A stretch of DNA of 64,000 nt from positions 29,968-93,967 of the forward strand of contig CAMMWP010000002.1 of the NCBI GenBank assembly GCA_946500615.1, written 5' to 3'. Every line of letters begins with the position of its first letter. Position 1 is the first letter of the stretch. Positions 29,083 to 38,990 of the stretch are shown piece by piece. Source of the DNA: an uncultured Clostridium sp. Its GTDB lineage: Bacteria > Bacillota > Clostridia > TANB77 > CAG-508. Position numbers and translations under genes: made by a program. The notes under the pieces are model-generated. The model did no database searches. It saw only the letters and a list, made by a program, of their open reading frames with translations, and was not told where the DNA came from.

Positions 29083-30321
29083 ATGAGTTATATAAATGAA
29101 AATTTTTTAAATTTACAAGATAGTTATCTATTTTCCACAATAGCTAGAAAAGTGGCAGAATATGCGAAAAATCATCCAGATAAAGAAGTCATTAAATTAG
29201 GAATAGGAGATGTTACAAAACCAATTGTGCCAGCATGTATAGAGGCTATGCATAAAGCTGTTGATGAAATAGGAACACAAGAAGGATTTAAAGGGTACGG
29301 ACCAGAACAAGGATATGAATTTTTAAGAAAAGCCATAGTGGAAAATGACTATAAAGCAAGAGGGGTAGATATAGAGGCAGATGAAGTATTTGTATCAGAT
29401 GGAGCAAAATGTGATTGTGGAAATATTGTAGATATATTTGCCGAAAATAATAAAGTAGCAATTACAGATCCTGTATATCCAGTTTATTTAGATACGAATG
29501 TGATGTCTGGTAGGAGCGGAGACTATAATGAACAAAAACGAGTATATGAGAATATTGTATATTTACCAGTAACAGCAGAAAATGATTTTAAACCAGCACT
29601 ACCAAAAGAAAAGGTAGATATGATTTACTTATGTTTTCCAAACAATCCAACAGGTACAGTATTAACAAAAGAAGACTTAAAAGTATGGGTAGATTATGCA
29701 AAGCAAAATAATAGTGTTATTTTATATGATGCTGCATATGAAGCATTTATAGAAGAGGAAGGTATACCACATAGTATTTATGAAGTAGAAGGTGCAAAGG
29801 ATGTAGCAATAGAATTTAAAAGTTATTCTAAAACAGCAGGATTTACAGGAACAAGGTGTGCTTATGTTGTGGTTCCTAAAACAGTAAAAGGTTACACAAA
29901 AAATGGAGAAGCAATTGCATTAAACAAATTATGGAATAGAAGAACTTGTACAAAATTTAATGGTGTATCTTATATCGTTCAAAGAGCAGCAGAAGCGACA
30001 TATTCAACAGAAGGAAAAAAGCAGATAGAAGAAAATATAACATATTATAAAGAAAATGCAAAAATAATAAAAGAAGGATTAGAAGAGGCAGGATTTACAG
30101 TATATGGGGCAATTAATTCACCATATATTTGGTTAAAGGTACCAGAAGGAATGACATCATGGGAATTTTTTGATGCATTACTAGAAGAGGTATATGTTGT
30201 AGGAACACCGGGGAGTGGATTTGGACCTCATGGAGAAGGTTACTTTAGATTAACTGCTTTTGGAACAAAAGAAAATACAATAAAAGCAATTGATAGAATA
30301 AAAAATTGGAATAGAAAATAA
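29083..30321 (+). CDS. dapL: LL-diaminopimelate aminotransferase
   Basis: About 410 aa PLP aminotransferase with a DapL-like N-terminus [18 protein letters not shown] and a [13 protein letters not shown] lysine motif. Confidence 0.8.
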   Translation: MSYINENFLNLQDSYLFSTIARKVAEYAKNHPDKEVIKLGIGDVTKPIVPACIEAMHKAVDEIGTQEGFKGYGPEQGYEFLRKAIVENDYKARGVDIEADEVFVSDGAKCDCGNIVDIFAENNKVAITDPVYPVYLDTNVMSGRSGDYNEQKRVYENIVYLPVTAENDFKPALPKEKVDMIYLCFPNNPTGTVLTKEDLKVWVDYAKQNNSVILYDAAYEAFIEEEGIPHSIYEVEGAKDVAIEFKSYSKTAGFTGTRCAYVVVPKTVKGYTKNGEAIALNKLWNRRTCTKFNGVSYIVQRAAEATYSTEGKKQIEENITYYKENAKIIKEGLEEAGFTVYGAINSPYIWLKVPEGMTSWEFFDALLEEVYVVGTPGSGFGPHGEGYFRLTAFGTKENTIKAIDRIKNWNRK

Positions 30322-30399
30322 AAGAACTTCTAATATCTAACTACCCTCAGATTGAAAGGTAATCTACGGACAAAAACAAAACAAAAGTTCGAAAAAGTA

Positions 30400-30428
30400 T
30401 TGACTTTTTAGAATAAAATTTATATAAT
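30400..30428 (+). promoter_or_regulatory. Sigma-A-type promoter: TTGACT, 17-bp spacer, TATAAT
   Basis: Consensus hexamers with a 17-bp spacer, upstream of the 30460 gene. Confidence 0.5.
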
Positions 30429-30459
30429 GTGAAAGAAATAAAAGAAAAAGGAGCAGAAA

Positions 30460-31014
30460 ATGAAAGAAGAATTTTTAAGACTATTAAAAACAGTAAAAAG
30501 AGAAGGAATAGAAGACATCATCAATTTTTTAGAAAAATCAGATTTTTTCAAAGCACCTGCTAGTACAAGATTTCATGGTGACCATGAAGGTGGATTAGTA
30601 GAACATAGTTTAAAGGTATATGAAATTTTAAAACATAAAGTAACAAATAATATAAAAGGAATAACAGTACCAGAAGAATCCATCATTATCATAGGATTAT
30701 TGCATGACATCTGTAAAACAAACTTTTATAAAGTAGATTACAGAAATGCCAAAAATGCTTTAGGAGTTTGGGAAAAAGTACCATATTATACAATTGAAGA
30801 TACCATTCCTTATGGGCATGGAGAAAAATCAGTTATGATGATTACAGAATATATGAAATTAACACCAGAAGAAAAATATGCTATCAGATGGCATATGGGA
30901 TATACAGAACCAAAAGAATTATATAATGCAATAGGTGCATCTTATACAAAATATCCAATTGCACTATTAACACATGAGGCAGACTTAGAGGCAACGTATT
31001 TTTATGATACATAA
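30460..31014 (+). CDS. HD-domain phosphohydrolase
   Basis: H...HD...D metal-binding pattern (FHGDHEGGLVEHSL, LHDICK). Confidence 0.6.
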   Translation: MKEEFLRLLKTVKREGIEDIINFLEKSDFFKAPASTRFHGDHEGGLVEHSLKVYEILKHKVTNNIKGITVPEESIIIIGLLHDICKTNFYKVDYRNAKNALGVWEKVPYYTIEDTIPYGHGEKSVMMITEYMKLTPEEKYAIRWHMGYTEPKELYNAIGASYTKYPIALLTHEADLEATYFYDT

Positions 31015-31142
31015 TATCCAAATGTGTCCAATTGGGGACGTTTCTATTTGGACAAAAAGAAATATAGTATATGAGAAAGAACTCTTTTGCAGTTATATAA
31101 ACTGGATAAAAAGAAATATAGTATACGAGAAAGGAAAACAAT

Positions 31143-31781
31143 ATGTTAGCATATATAAAAGGAACATTAGAAATGAAAATGACAGAATATGTAGTAATTG
31201 ATGTAGGCGGACTAGGATATAAAGTATTCATGTCAAGCATTGGAATAGAAAAATTGGGCGAAATTGGAAGTCAAGTAAAAGTATATACATATTATAGAGT
31301 GAGGGAAGATGATATCAGTATATATGGATTTAATACAAATGAAGAATTAAGAATGTTTGAATTATTATTATCTGTAAGTGGGGTAGGCGCAAAAACAGCA
31401 TTAGCAATGCTTGCTGTTTGTACGCCATCTGAATTTGTATTAGCTATCGTCTCAGAAGATATCAATGTTCTAACATCCATTCCGGGAATTGGACCAAAAT
31501 CTGCCAAAAGGATTATTTTAGAGCTAAAAGATAAAATCAAAAAAGAACAACAAATTCAAGAATTATCAAGTGCTTCAAAAACAAATAAAGAGATGAGTGA
31601 AACAAATATAAAAGTAAAACAAATGATAGAAGATGATAATAAAATACAAGAAGCAGTAGCAGCATTACAAGTTTTAGGCTATAACAAAAAGGAAATCGAA
31701 AAAGCATTTATGAAACTAGATAAAACAAATTTAACAACAGAAGATTTAATAAAAAAAGGACTAATGATTTTAGCCAATTAA
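31143..31781 (+). CDS. ruvA: Holliday junction branch-migration protein RuvA
   Basis: MLAYIKGTL...GGLGYKV OB domain, twin HhH motifs (VSGVGAKTALA, IPGIGPKSAKRI), C-terminal domain III. Confidence 0.85.
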   Translation: MLAYIKGTLEMKMTEYVVIDVGGLGYKVFMSSIGIEKLGEIGSQVKVYTYYRVREDDISIYGFNTNEELRMFELLLSVSGVGAKTALAMLAVCTPSEFVLAIVSEDINVLTSIPGIGPKSAKRIILELKDKIKKEQQIQELSSASKTNKEMSETNIKVKQMIEDDNKIQEAVAALQVLGYNKKEIEKAFMKLDKTNLTTEDLIKKGLMILAN

Positions 31782-31888
31782 TAGAAAAAATTCGAGATTT
31801 TTATAGAAATAATAAGAAAGATAATAAGCAAAAAATGTGCTTGTATTTACAAAATCAGTTTATCATCTTTCCTATTCTGGAGGAAAAT

Positions 31889-33133
31889 ATGAATAGTAAT
31901 GAGCCATTAGCTTTTAGAGTAAGACCAAGAACACTTGAAGAATATGTAGGACAAGACCATGTCTTGGGAAAAGACAAAATATTATATAGAACCATAAAGG
32001 CGGACAGATTATCCAGTATTATTTTATTTGGACCACCTGGATGTGGAAAGACCTCATTAGCAAGAGTGATTAGTGAAACAACGAAATATAAATTTTATAA
32101 AATAAATGCAGTTACTTCTGGAGTAGCAGATATAAAAAGGGTTGTAGAAGAAACCAAAAATTTTATGATAAATCCAACAGGAAAAAGTATTTTATTTATT
32201 GATGAGATTCATAGATTTAACAAATTACAACAAGATGCATTATTACCATATGTAGAAAATGGAACTGTCATTTTGATTGGAGCAACCACAGAAAATCCAT
32301 ACTTTGAGGTAAATAAAGCGTTGATTTCTAGGTCAATGGTTATAAAATTAGAGCCTTTAACAATAGAAAATATTTTTACAATTTTAAAAAATGCGATAAC
32401 AAGGCAAGATGGATTAGGAGAATATTCTATAAAAGTAGAAGATGAAACTTTGAAAAAGTTGGCGATGATATCTAATGGAGATGTTAGAACAGCACTAAAT
32501 GGGTTAGAGGTTGCAGTATTAACAACCAACATGGAAGCAGATGGATATATTCATATTACAGATGAAGTAATCAAAAATAGTGTGCAAGATAGAAAAGCCA
32601 TATTTGATAAAAATGGTGAAGCTCATTATGACAATATTAGTGCATTTATTAAATCTATGAGAGGTTCTGATCCAGATGCAGTGGTATTTTATTTAGCAAG
32701 AGCTTTAACTGGAGGAGAAGACCCAATGTTTTTAGCAAGGAGAATCGTCATTTGTGCTTCAGAAGATGTGGGGTTAGCAAATCCACAAGCACTAGTGGTG
32801 GCGAATGCTGCCATGCAAGCTGTTCATATGGTGGGGATGCCAGAAGCAAGAATTATATTATCAGAAGCAGCTGTATATGTAGCATTGTCAAAAAAATCAA
32901 ATGCAAGTTATTTGGCAATTAATAAGGCATTAGAAGATGTAAAAAATAAAGAAACTGGAGAAGTTCCTATGCATTTAAGAAATGCACCCATTGACAATAT
33001 GAAAGACTTGGGATATAGTCAAGGATATTTATATCCTCATGATTTTCCGGGACACTATGTAGAACAACAATATTTGCCAGATAAAATGATTGGAACAAAA
33101 TATTTTATAAAAGATGAAAATATAGATTTATAA
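31889..33133 (+). CDS. rarA: Replication-associated recombination protein A (RarA/MgsA AAA+ ATPase)
   Basis: RBS ctggagg, then MNSNEPL. Walker A GPPGCGKTS. Walker B LFIDEIHRFNK. MgsA C-terminal domain. It sits where ruvB would normally follow ruvA. Confidence 0.8.
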   Translation: MNSNEPLAFRVRPRTLEEYVGQDHVLGKDKILYRTIKADRLSSIILFGPPGCGKTSLARVISETTKYKFYKINAVTSGVADIKRVVEETKNFMINPTGKSILFIDEIHRFNKLQQDALLPYVENGTVILIGATTENPYFEVNKALISRSMVIKLEPLTIENIFTILKNAITRQDGLGEYSIKVEDETLKKLAMISNGDVRTALNGLEVAVLTTNMEADGYIHITDEVIKNSVQDRKAIFDKNGEAHYDNISAFIKSMRGSDPDAVVFYLARALTGGEDPMFLARRIVICASEDVGLANPQALVVANAAMQAVHMVGMPEARIILSEAAVYVALSKKSNASYLAINKALEDVKNKETGEVPMHLRNAPIDNMKDLGYSQGYLYPHDFPGHYVEQQYLPDKMIGTKYFIKDENIDL

Positions 33134-33159
33134 TAAATTAAGATAAACTTATATAATAA

Positions 33160-33200
33160 AGATGACATTTGATAAAAAAAGTGTCATCTTTATATTTTTT
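33160..33200 (+). terminator. Rho-independent terminator
   Basis: aaagatgacat...gtgtcatcttt plus a T-run. Confidence 0.5.
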
Positions 33201-33272
33201 TAGTATAAAATGTGAAATTATAGAAAAAAATAAATAGAAAAAAATCGATAGAAAAAAAGATAGGAGGACCAA

Positions 33273-33488
33273 ATGCATCATATTGAAAAAAAGCAATATA
33301 CCAAAGAAAGTCAATGGAAAAATGCAGATGAAATTTACCTATTTGAAGTACAAAAATTTTTAGATTTAACAGAAAATATCAAAGAAGAAGAATTGAAAAA
33401 AGAAATTGTAGCACAAATGTTGAAATGTGATAAAAGAGTAACACAACTAGCTGAAAAAAGATTTGAAGAATTAGAAAAGAATGAATAA
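33273..33488 (+). CDS. Hypothetical 71-aa protein
   Basis: RBS taggagg. Confidence 0.4.
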   Translation: MHHIEKKQYTKESQWKNADEIYLFEVQKFLDLTENIKEEELKKEIVAQMLKCDKRVTQLAEKRFEELEKNE

Positions 33489-33517
33489 AAAGAAAAAAAT
33501 TGTAAAAAATAGATAGT

Positions 33518-33874
33518 ATGAAAAATATAAGTAAAAAAATCATAATAGGATTATTAGCTGGAATAGTCAGTGGACTTTTTTCAACAGGAGGCGGAATGAT
33601 TGTTGTTCCAGCATGTATCTATTTGTTAAATATGGAAGATAAAAAGGCAAGAGGAACATCGATATTTTGTATATTACCAATGGTAGTGACAAGTGGTATC
33701 TTTTATTATAAAAGTAATTATATTGACTGGAATATTTCCATATTATGTGCAATAGGTGGGATGATAGGCGGATATATTGGTGCAAAGGCATTAAAAAAGA
33801 TGCCAGTTCAGTACTTAAAAATTGCATTTACAATTTTTTTACTATATGCATCTTATAAAATGTTTTTTAAGTAA
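33518..33874 (+). CDS. TSUP (TauE/SafE) family transporter, N-terminal half (4 TM)
   Basis: GLFSTGGGMIVVP motif. Followed in the same frame, after a single TAA, by the second half. Confidence 0.6.
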   Translation: MKNISKKIIIGLLAGIVSGLFSTGGGMIVVPACIYLLNMEDKKARGTSIFCILPMVVTSGIFYYKSNYIDWNISILCAIGGMIGGYIGAKALKKMPVQYLKIAFTIFLLYASYKMFFK

Positions 33875-33883
33875 GAGGAAGAA

Positions 33884-34285
33884 ATGGTAGAGATTTTAAT
33901 TGGGATTATATCTGGAATGATTAGTGGAACAGGAATGGGAGGAGGGACAATATTAATCTTTCTCCTTGTATATTTGTTAGGTATAGAGCAACATATTGCT
34001 CAAGCCACTAACCTCATTTTTTTTATACCAACTTCGATAATTGCGATTATCATTAATTCTAAGAATAAAAATATTGCTTTACAAAGTGCTATTTTTATTT
34101 CTGTATTTGGTATATTAGGAGCGATTATTGGAGCAAATATATCTATACGAATTGATGTCAATATATTAAGAAAATGTTTTGGGATTTTTTTGGCAATAAT
34201 TGCGATACATGAAATATATACCATTGTAAAATGGTATAAAAAAAAGAAATTAAGAGATAATAAGGAAAATGGATTTATAAAATAA
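33884..34285 (+). CDS. TSUP (TauE/SafE) family transporter, C-terminal half (4 TM)
   Basis: GTGMGGGTILIFLL motif. Own RBS gaggaag. Confidence 0.6.
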   Translation: MVEILIGIISGMISGTGMGGGTILIFLLVYLLGIEQHIAQATNLIFFIPTSIIAIIINSKNKNIALQSAIFISVFGILGAIIGANISIRIDVNILRKCFGIFLAIIAIHEIYTIVKWYKKKKLRDNKENGFIK

Positions 34286-34306
34286 TATAATAGAGAGGAT
34301 GATGAA

Positions 34307-34447
34307 TATGAAATTTGTTAAAGGTATTGTTATAGGAGGATTATTAGTAACAGGAGCTGCTATGATGTATACAGAAATGGGAAAAAGTACAAAAAGAAAA
34401 ATGATGAAAAAAGGAAGAAATATGATAAAGAAAATGGGAATTGTTTA
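34307..34447 (+). CDS. 46-aa small membrane protein
   Basis: RBS agagaggatg. MKFVKGIVIGGLLVTGAAMMY... Terminator follows. Confidence 0.4.
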
Positions 34448-34448
34448 A

Positions 34449-34481
34449 AAAAAGATGCCAATACAGGCATCTTCTTTTTAT
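34449..34481 (+). terminator. Rho-independent terminator
   Basis: aagatgcc...ggcatctt plus ttttt. Confidence 0.55.
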
Positions 34482-34483
34482 TG

Positions 34484-34745
34484 AATAGGAAAAATCGAGT
34501 TTTTCCTATTCAAGAACATCGCTTCGCTCTAACAATTGCACACAAATTTTACTTACGTAAAATTTGGCGCCGAACAATGACGCGGGCTTTAAAATGTTAT
34601 AAACAGAGAAAATGTTCAAAAAAGCCCGCTATTGTTCTACAATAGGAAAGTTCCCCTTTCCTATTGTATAAAAAACGCTTCGCATAACGGATGTACACAA
34701 TTTTACATACGTAAAATTGGCACAGAACAAATTTACGCAACGCTT
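34484..34745. repeat. Mosaic repeat R1 copy e (largest: two aattttacNNNNgtaaaatt modules, two ataggaaa palindromes, one GC hairpin)
   Basis: See the R1 family. Directly abuts the prophage junction. Confidence 0.65.
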
Positions 34746-34806
34746 TAATAATTTAATTTTGGTACTAAATTAAAATTTTCGATTGTAATAACATACTGTA
34801 AATTTA

Positions 34807-35181
34807 TTAGCATTCTGGTTTTTCTGGATAATCTGGTTTTTTATCGTCATCTTTTTTACAGTCACATTTATCACATTCTATAAAGCAATCACATTTTTCG
34901 CACTTTTCACCTTTTAAGCATTTTCCTTCATGATGACATTTTGCACAAACTTTAACTTTTTTAGTATCATTTACCCAAATTTGAAGTGCATATTGTTTTC
35001 CCGGACATAAAGGACCGAAAACAAATTCTCCTTCACAATCAGTAAACGTATGCCCAATAGGTCTACGTTCCTCTTTGTCACAGTTGTAAACGATTTCAAC
35101 TAATTTAACAACAGCATCTGCAACTGGTTCTTTGAAACAATTTTTAACAACACCATAAATGACATCTCTATTGTCTTCTGT
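34807..35181 (-). pseudogene. 3' fragment (124 codons, no start codon) of a host gene for a CarboxypepD_reg-like beta-sandwich plus Cys-rich protein, interrupted by the prophage
   Basis: Frame is open from the att-proximal TAG to TAA with no ATG/GTG/TTG. Reads ...GVVKNCFKEPVADAVVKLVEI...GEFVFGPLCPGKQYALQIW...CAKCHHEGKCLKGEKCEKCDCFIECDKCDC... Confidence 0.55.
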
Positions 35182-35206
35182 CTAAGTGAAAAAGTACCAA
35201 GACAGA

Positions 35207-36598
35207 TTAAATAAAAAATATTTTCATATTATAATCCTTATCTATTACTACGTAATCAATCACAGATAGCCAAATTCTTCTTTTTTCTATTCGAGATAAC
35301 GAATTATATACTAAATTAAAATCATTGCTTAAAAACGATTTTAAAGCGTCTAGGTTTGTATCTGGAATATTAGTTTCTATTTTTTCCTGTTGTTTATATA
35401 ATTCATCTAGTTGTGCAACATATTCTTTATAATCTTTTTCATAATCTTCAATCCTTATTAAATCTCTTACATATAAATCTTTTAATTTAGACAATTTGTT
35501 TTCTACAGAAGTTATTTCTTTTGACATATCAATTTCTTTAAAGTGTTTTTCTTTGTATTCATAATCAGAAACATATTTTTTTAATTGGATATTAAATTCT
35601 TGTAAAAGTTTTTCTTCTATTTTTACTTCATTAAAATTCACATTGCAAGAGCATTTCATTGTTAAATGATGTCTTTTACAAATGTAATAATATTTAGAAC
35701 TTTCGGGATTTTTAGAATAGAATTTTCCGCCTAACCTATAACCACATTCAGCACATTTTAAAAGTCCTTGAAAAATATATCCACCAGAATTTTCGGCAGA
35801 TGGTTTTCTTGCATTTTTACTTAACAATCTTTGTGTATTTTCAAAATCTATTTTATTAATTATAGCAGGACAAAAATCTTCAATATCTCCATATCTAGTT
35901 TTCTTAATTCCTATATATAATTTATTAGTAAGTATTCTATATACCCTCATATAATTCAATTGTAGTTCTGGATATTTTAAATCTAATTTTTGAAAAGTTT
36001 GATAAGCACTAGTAGTTTCTTTATAAAACTGAAATGCATCTAAAACTACTTGTTTTTTATCTTCATCGATGACAAGTTTTTTATCTTGTTTTTTTAATCC
36101 AACTGGGATTTTTCCGCTAATCAATTCTTTACTTTCTACCTTTGTTTTAAATACACTTCTAATTCTTTCAGAAGTTTGAGCAGACTCGTTTTCGGCGACA
36201 GAAAGCATGATGTTTATATGCAATCTACCACTAGCTGTAGAACTATCATATTTTTCAAAAATAGTTTGCCAAAATACACCGTGTTCATCTAAAACATCTA
36301 ATACTTTATAATAGTTTCTAACACCACGAGAAAGACGATCTAGTTTAGTTATAAGTATTCTGTTTATCTTGTTTTGCTCAACATCTTTTAAAAGTCTTTG
36401 TAAAGCAGGTCTTTTTAAGTTAGTAGCAGAAAAACCGTCATCTTCATAAATTCCATAAATGTGAAAACCATTCTTTAAAGCATATTTAGTTAATTCTTCT
36501 CTTTGCGTTCTTAAACTATCTCCATTAATGGCTTGCTCTTCTGTACTAACTCTAACATATAAAGCTACTTCTTCAGTAACATTTTTAACATTTTCCAT
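35207..36598 (-). CDS. Large serine recombinase (phage integrase)
   Basis: N-terminal resolvase domain ALYVRVSTEEQ (catalytic Ser), recombinase domain, Zn-ribbon CxxC...CxxC, coiled-coil C-terminus. 463 aa. Confidence 0.85.
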   Translation of the reverse strand: MENVKNVTEEVALYVRVSTEEQAINGDSLRTQREELTKYALKNGFHIYGIYEDDGFSATNLKRPALQRLLKDVEQNKINRILITKLDRLSRGVRNYYKVLDVLDEHGVFWQTIFEKYDSSTASGRLHINIMLSVAENESAQTSERIRSVFKTKVESKELISGKIPVGLKKQDKKLVIDEDKKQVVLDAFQFYKETTSAYQTFQKLDLKYPELQLNYMRVYRILTNKLYIGIKKTRYGDIEDFCPAIINKIDFENTQRLLSKNARKPSAENSGGYIFQGLLKCAECGYRLGGKFYSKNPESSKYYYICKRHHLTMKCSCNVNFNEVKIEEKLLQEFNIQLKKYVSDYEYKEKHFKEIDMSKEITSVENKLSKLKDLYVRDLIRIEDYEKDYKEYVAQLDELYKQQEKIETNIPDTNLDALKSFLSNDFNLVYNSLSRIEKRRIWLSVIDYVVIDKDYNMKIFFI

Positions 36599-37236
36599 TA
36601 TTCAAAAGCTCCTTTTATTTTTGCTTCTTTAACTCTACCAATTATTTTAATAGGAATACTTTTCATATCCTCAAAAGTGAATTTTTTAATAGGATAATAT
36701 GGATTCATAGCATGTAATTCTATTCCTTCATTCGTCTTGATTACTTTTTTTACTGTTGCTTCTTCTCCGTTAATAAGAATAACAGCAGTTTGCCCACTTT
36801 CAACATCATCTTGGTCATGTACTATAACTAAGTCTCCATCACTAAGAAGAGGGAGCATACTATCTCCAGTTACTTTTAATGCAAAATACTCATTTATGTT
36901 TTTTTCATAATCTTTTATAGTATCTCTATCAGTTATATATCCAATTACATTTTCTTCTGCTAACCAATTATATCCAGCTTTTACTGTTCCTAAAATTGGT
37001 ATACTTTTATTAGAATTTGAATTGCTTTCTACTAAATCAGATTTTTGTATTCCAAAATAGTTAGCCAATATTTGTATCTTATCTATACGAGGATATATGT
37101 TGCCGTTATACCAATCTGTTAATGTAGAATAAGGTATCTCTAAATCTCTAGCAACATCGTTCCTATCTTTATTGTTAAGTCTCATATATCTTCTTAAATT
37201 TCTTGAAAAAATTTCTTTATTTCCTAAATCGCTCAT
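36598..37236 (-). CDS. cI-like repressor with an S24 LexA-type autopeptidase domain
   Basis: N-terminal HTH and C-terminal GDSMLP (Ser) ... VKKVI (Lys) dyad. Confidence 0.8.
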   Translation of the reverse strand: MSDLGNKEIFSRNLRRYMRLNNKDRNDVARDLEIPYSTLTDWYNGNIYPRIDKIQILANYFGIQKSDLVESNSNSNKSIPILGTVKAGYNWLAEENVIGYITDRDTIKDYEKNINEYFALKVTGDSMLPLLSDGDLVIVHDQDDVESGQTAVILINGEEATVKKVIKTNEGIELHAMNPYYPIKKFTFEDMKSIPIKIIGRVKEAKIKGAFE

Positions 37237-37312
37237 AAGTACCTCCTGAGCATATTATACGACTTTACCGTAAAAAAATCAATAAAAAAATAAAAAAATT
37301 ACGAAAAAACTA

Positions 37313-37341
37313 TTGACAACGGAGAAACCGTCGTATATAAT
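37313..37341 (+). promoter_or_regulatory. Consensus promoter TTGACA, 17-bp spacer, TATAAT, with flanking ACGG-N5-CCGT operator palindromes (37320-37332, 37355-37367)
   Basis: Perfect -35/-10 hexamers. Two near-identical palindromes overlap and follow the promoter, between the cI and cro genes. Confidence 0.6.
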
Positions 37342-37387
37342 ACAGACAAGAAAAACGGAAAAACCGTCAAGAAAAGAGGTGAAATAA

Positions 37388-37585
37388 ATGCAATTAACAT
37401 TAAAAGCTATAAGAGTTAATAAAGGGTGGACACAGGAAGAAGCTTCAAAAGAAATAGGAGTAAGTGTAGATACACTAAGGAATTACGAAAATGGAAAAAG
37501 TTATCCAGATATACCAACTTTAAAAAAAATAGAAGAGGTTTATGAAACCCCATACAATAATATAAATTTTTTTCCAGAAAAATAA
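37388..37585 (+). CDS. Cro-like XRE HTH protein
   Basis: 65 aa. WTQEEASKEIGVSVDTLRNYENGK. Confidence 0.75.
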   Translation: MQLTLKAIRVNKGWTQEEASKEIGVSVDTLRNYENGKSYPDIPTLKKIEEVYETPYNNINFFPEK

Positions 37586-37621
37586 CGGTTTATTCGTAAA
37601 AAAACAAAAAGAGGTGAGAAG

Positions 37622-37780
37622 ATGAAAATAGAAGGTAGTGTGCAAGAATTAGAATTATTTTTCAAAAAGTTTAATTTAATAGAAAAAGCAGAAATAAAAA
37701 TAGATGGCACAAAAGTTGGGGAACAGATTGTACCATCAATTATAAATACTTTAAAAAATGCAAGACCTATTGATTCTTAG
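37622..37780 (+). CDS. Hypothetical 52-aa phage protein
   Basis: RBS aaagaggtgagaagATG. Not in the track (under 60 aa). Confidence 0.3.
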   Translation: MKIEGSVQELELFFKKFNLIEKAEIKIDGTKVGEQIVPSIINTLKNARPIDS

Positions 37781-37997
37781 GTGTAATATCAAAATTTTCA
37801 GTTAACCATTTATGATAATGAGAAAGTATAGTTATATCTGCTCCAAGAGAATTTCCAACAGTTGTACCTACAATATCTTCTAAACTAGGATTTTTACTAA
37901 AAGAATTTTCTAATTCATTTTTAAGTTTAGGCAGTACATTATCAAAATAATGGTTTTCAAAATTTTTAAAATCGCAACTCATATAATTCACCTCCAA
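37767..37997 (-). CDS. Hypothetical phage protein
   Basis: 76-aa ORF with an RBS-like ggaggtgaa upstream on the minus strand. Confidence 0.4.
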   Translation of the reverse strand: MEVNYMSCDFKNFENHYFDNVLPKLKNELENSFSKNPSLEDIVGTTVGNSLGADITILSHYHKWLTENFDITPKNQ

Positions 37998-38393
37998 TCG
38001 AGGTAATTATAACAGAAAATATCAACAAGTACAAACTATAAGAATAAAGATAGGGAGAGGTGGTGGTCTTGGAAAAAGATAAAACACAATTTACATTAGA
38101 ACACGCACAAATATTATATCAAACAATAGCAGACATTATGGGAGAAAAATACAACGTAGAAATAAAAGCAAAAGTTAAAGAAAAATAAATGAAAGAAGGT
38201 GATACAAATGAAAAGTAAAATTTATGAACTAATTGGACGAGCAGTAGTATATAGTACTTTATACATCGGAGCAGTCGCAGGATTTGTTTGGGCATTTTGC
38301 CAAAATACGATTTATTAGGAGGGAGAAAATGTATAGTTTTATTTTTACAATAATTATTTAGAATTTAAAAATTAGGAAAGGAGAAAACAAAAA

Positions 38394-38660
38394 ATGGAAA
38401 ACTTACTACAAAAAATAATGTTAAAAGCATATGAAGTAAACAAGAATACAGAGCATACAGTTTTTGTAGATTTTATGGGACATGTGAATTGTTTTCAAAT
38501 TTATTTATATTTGAATGGATGGAAAGAAAATTCAAACCCTGATATAAAAATTGAAACTTATTTAGATGAAAAATTCGCAACAGAAAATTTACAATATATG
38601 TTAAATAAATTAGAAGAATTGGAGGGAAAGGAATGTTTACAAGAAAAGATAGAAAAATAA
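38394..38660 (+). CDS. Hypothetical phage protein
   Basis: RBS aaaggagaaaac. Confidence 0.45.
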   Translation: MENLLQKIMLKAYEVNKNTEHTVFVDFMGHVNCFQIYLYLNGWKENSNPDIKIETYLDEKFATENLQYMLNKLEELEGKECLQEKIEK

Positions 38661-38908
38661 GAAATTTAGAAACTAAAGTGTTAAATAGAGACATTTTAAT
38701 AGAAGATTTAAAAAGCAAAGAAGCAATACAAAAACAAGAAAATTTAGCATTATATGAAGAAAATAAAGACTTAAGATTTGAAAATGAAGAGCAGAGAGAG
38801 TTTATAAGCAGAATAGATAGATTAGTAAATTCTAATAAATATAACAACGAAAAAGCAATTTTAAGTAAATTAAAAGAACTAGTTAGCGACTACCAATCAT
38901 TAAACTAG
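38633..38908 (+). CDS. Hypothetical coiled-coil phage protein
   Basis: Overlapping start. Charged coiled-coil sequence. Confidence 0.4.
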   Translation: MFTRKDRKIRNLETKVLNRDILIEDLKSKEAIQKQENLALYEENKDLRFENEEQREFISRIDRLVNSNKYNNEKAILSKLKELVSDYQSLN

Positions 38909-38990
38909 CTCTACATAAACATATATAAACATATGATTTTCTACTACATTATAACAAAAATCAGGTAGAAAATCAAGAAAGGAAATAAAA

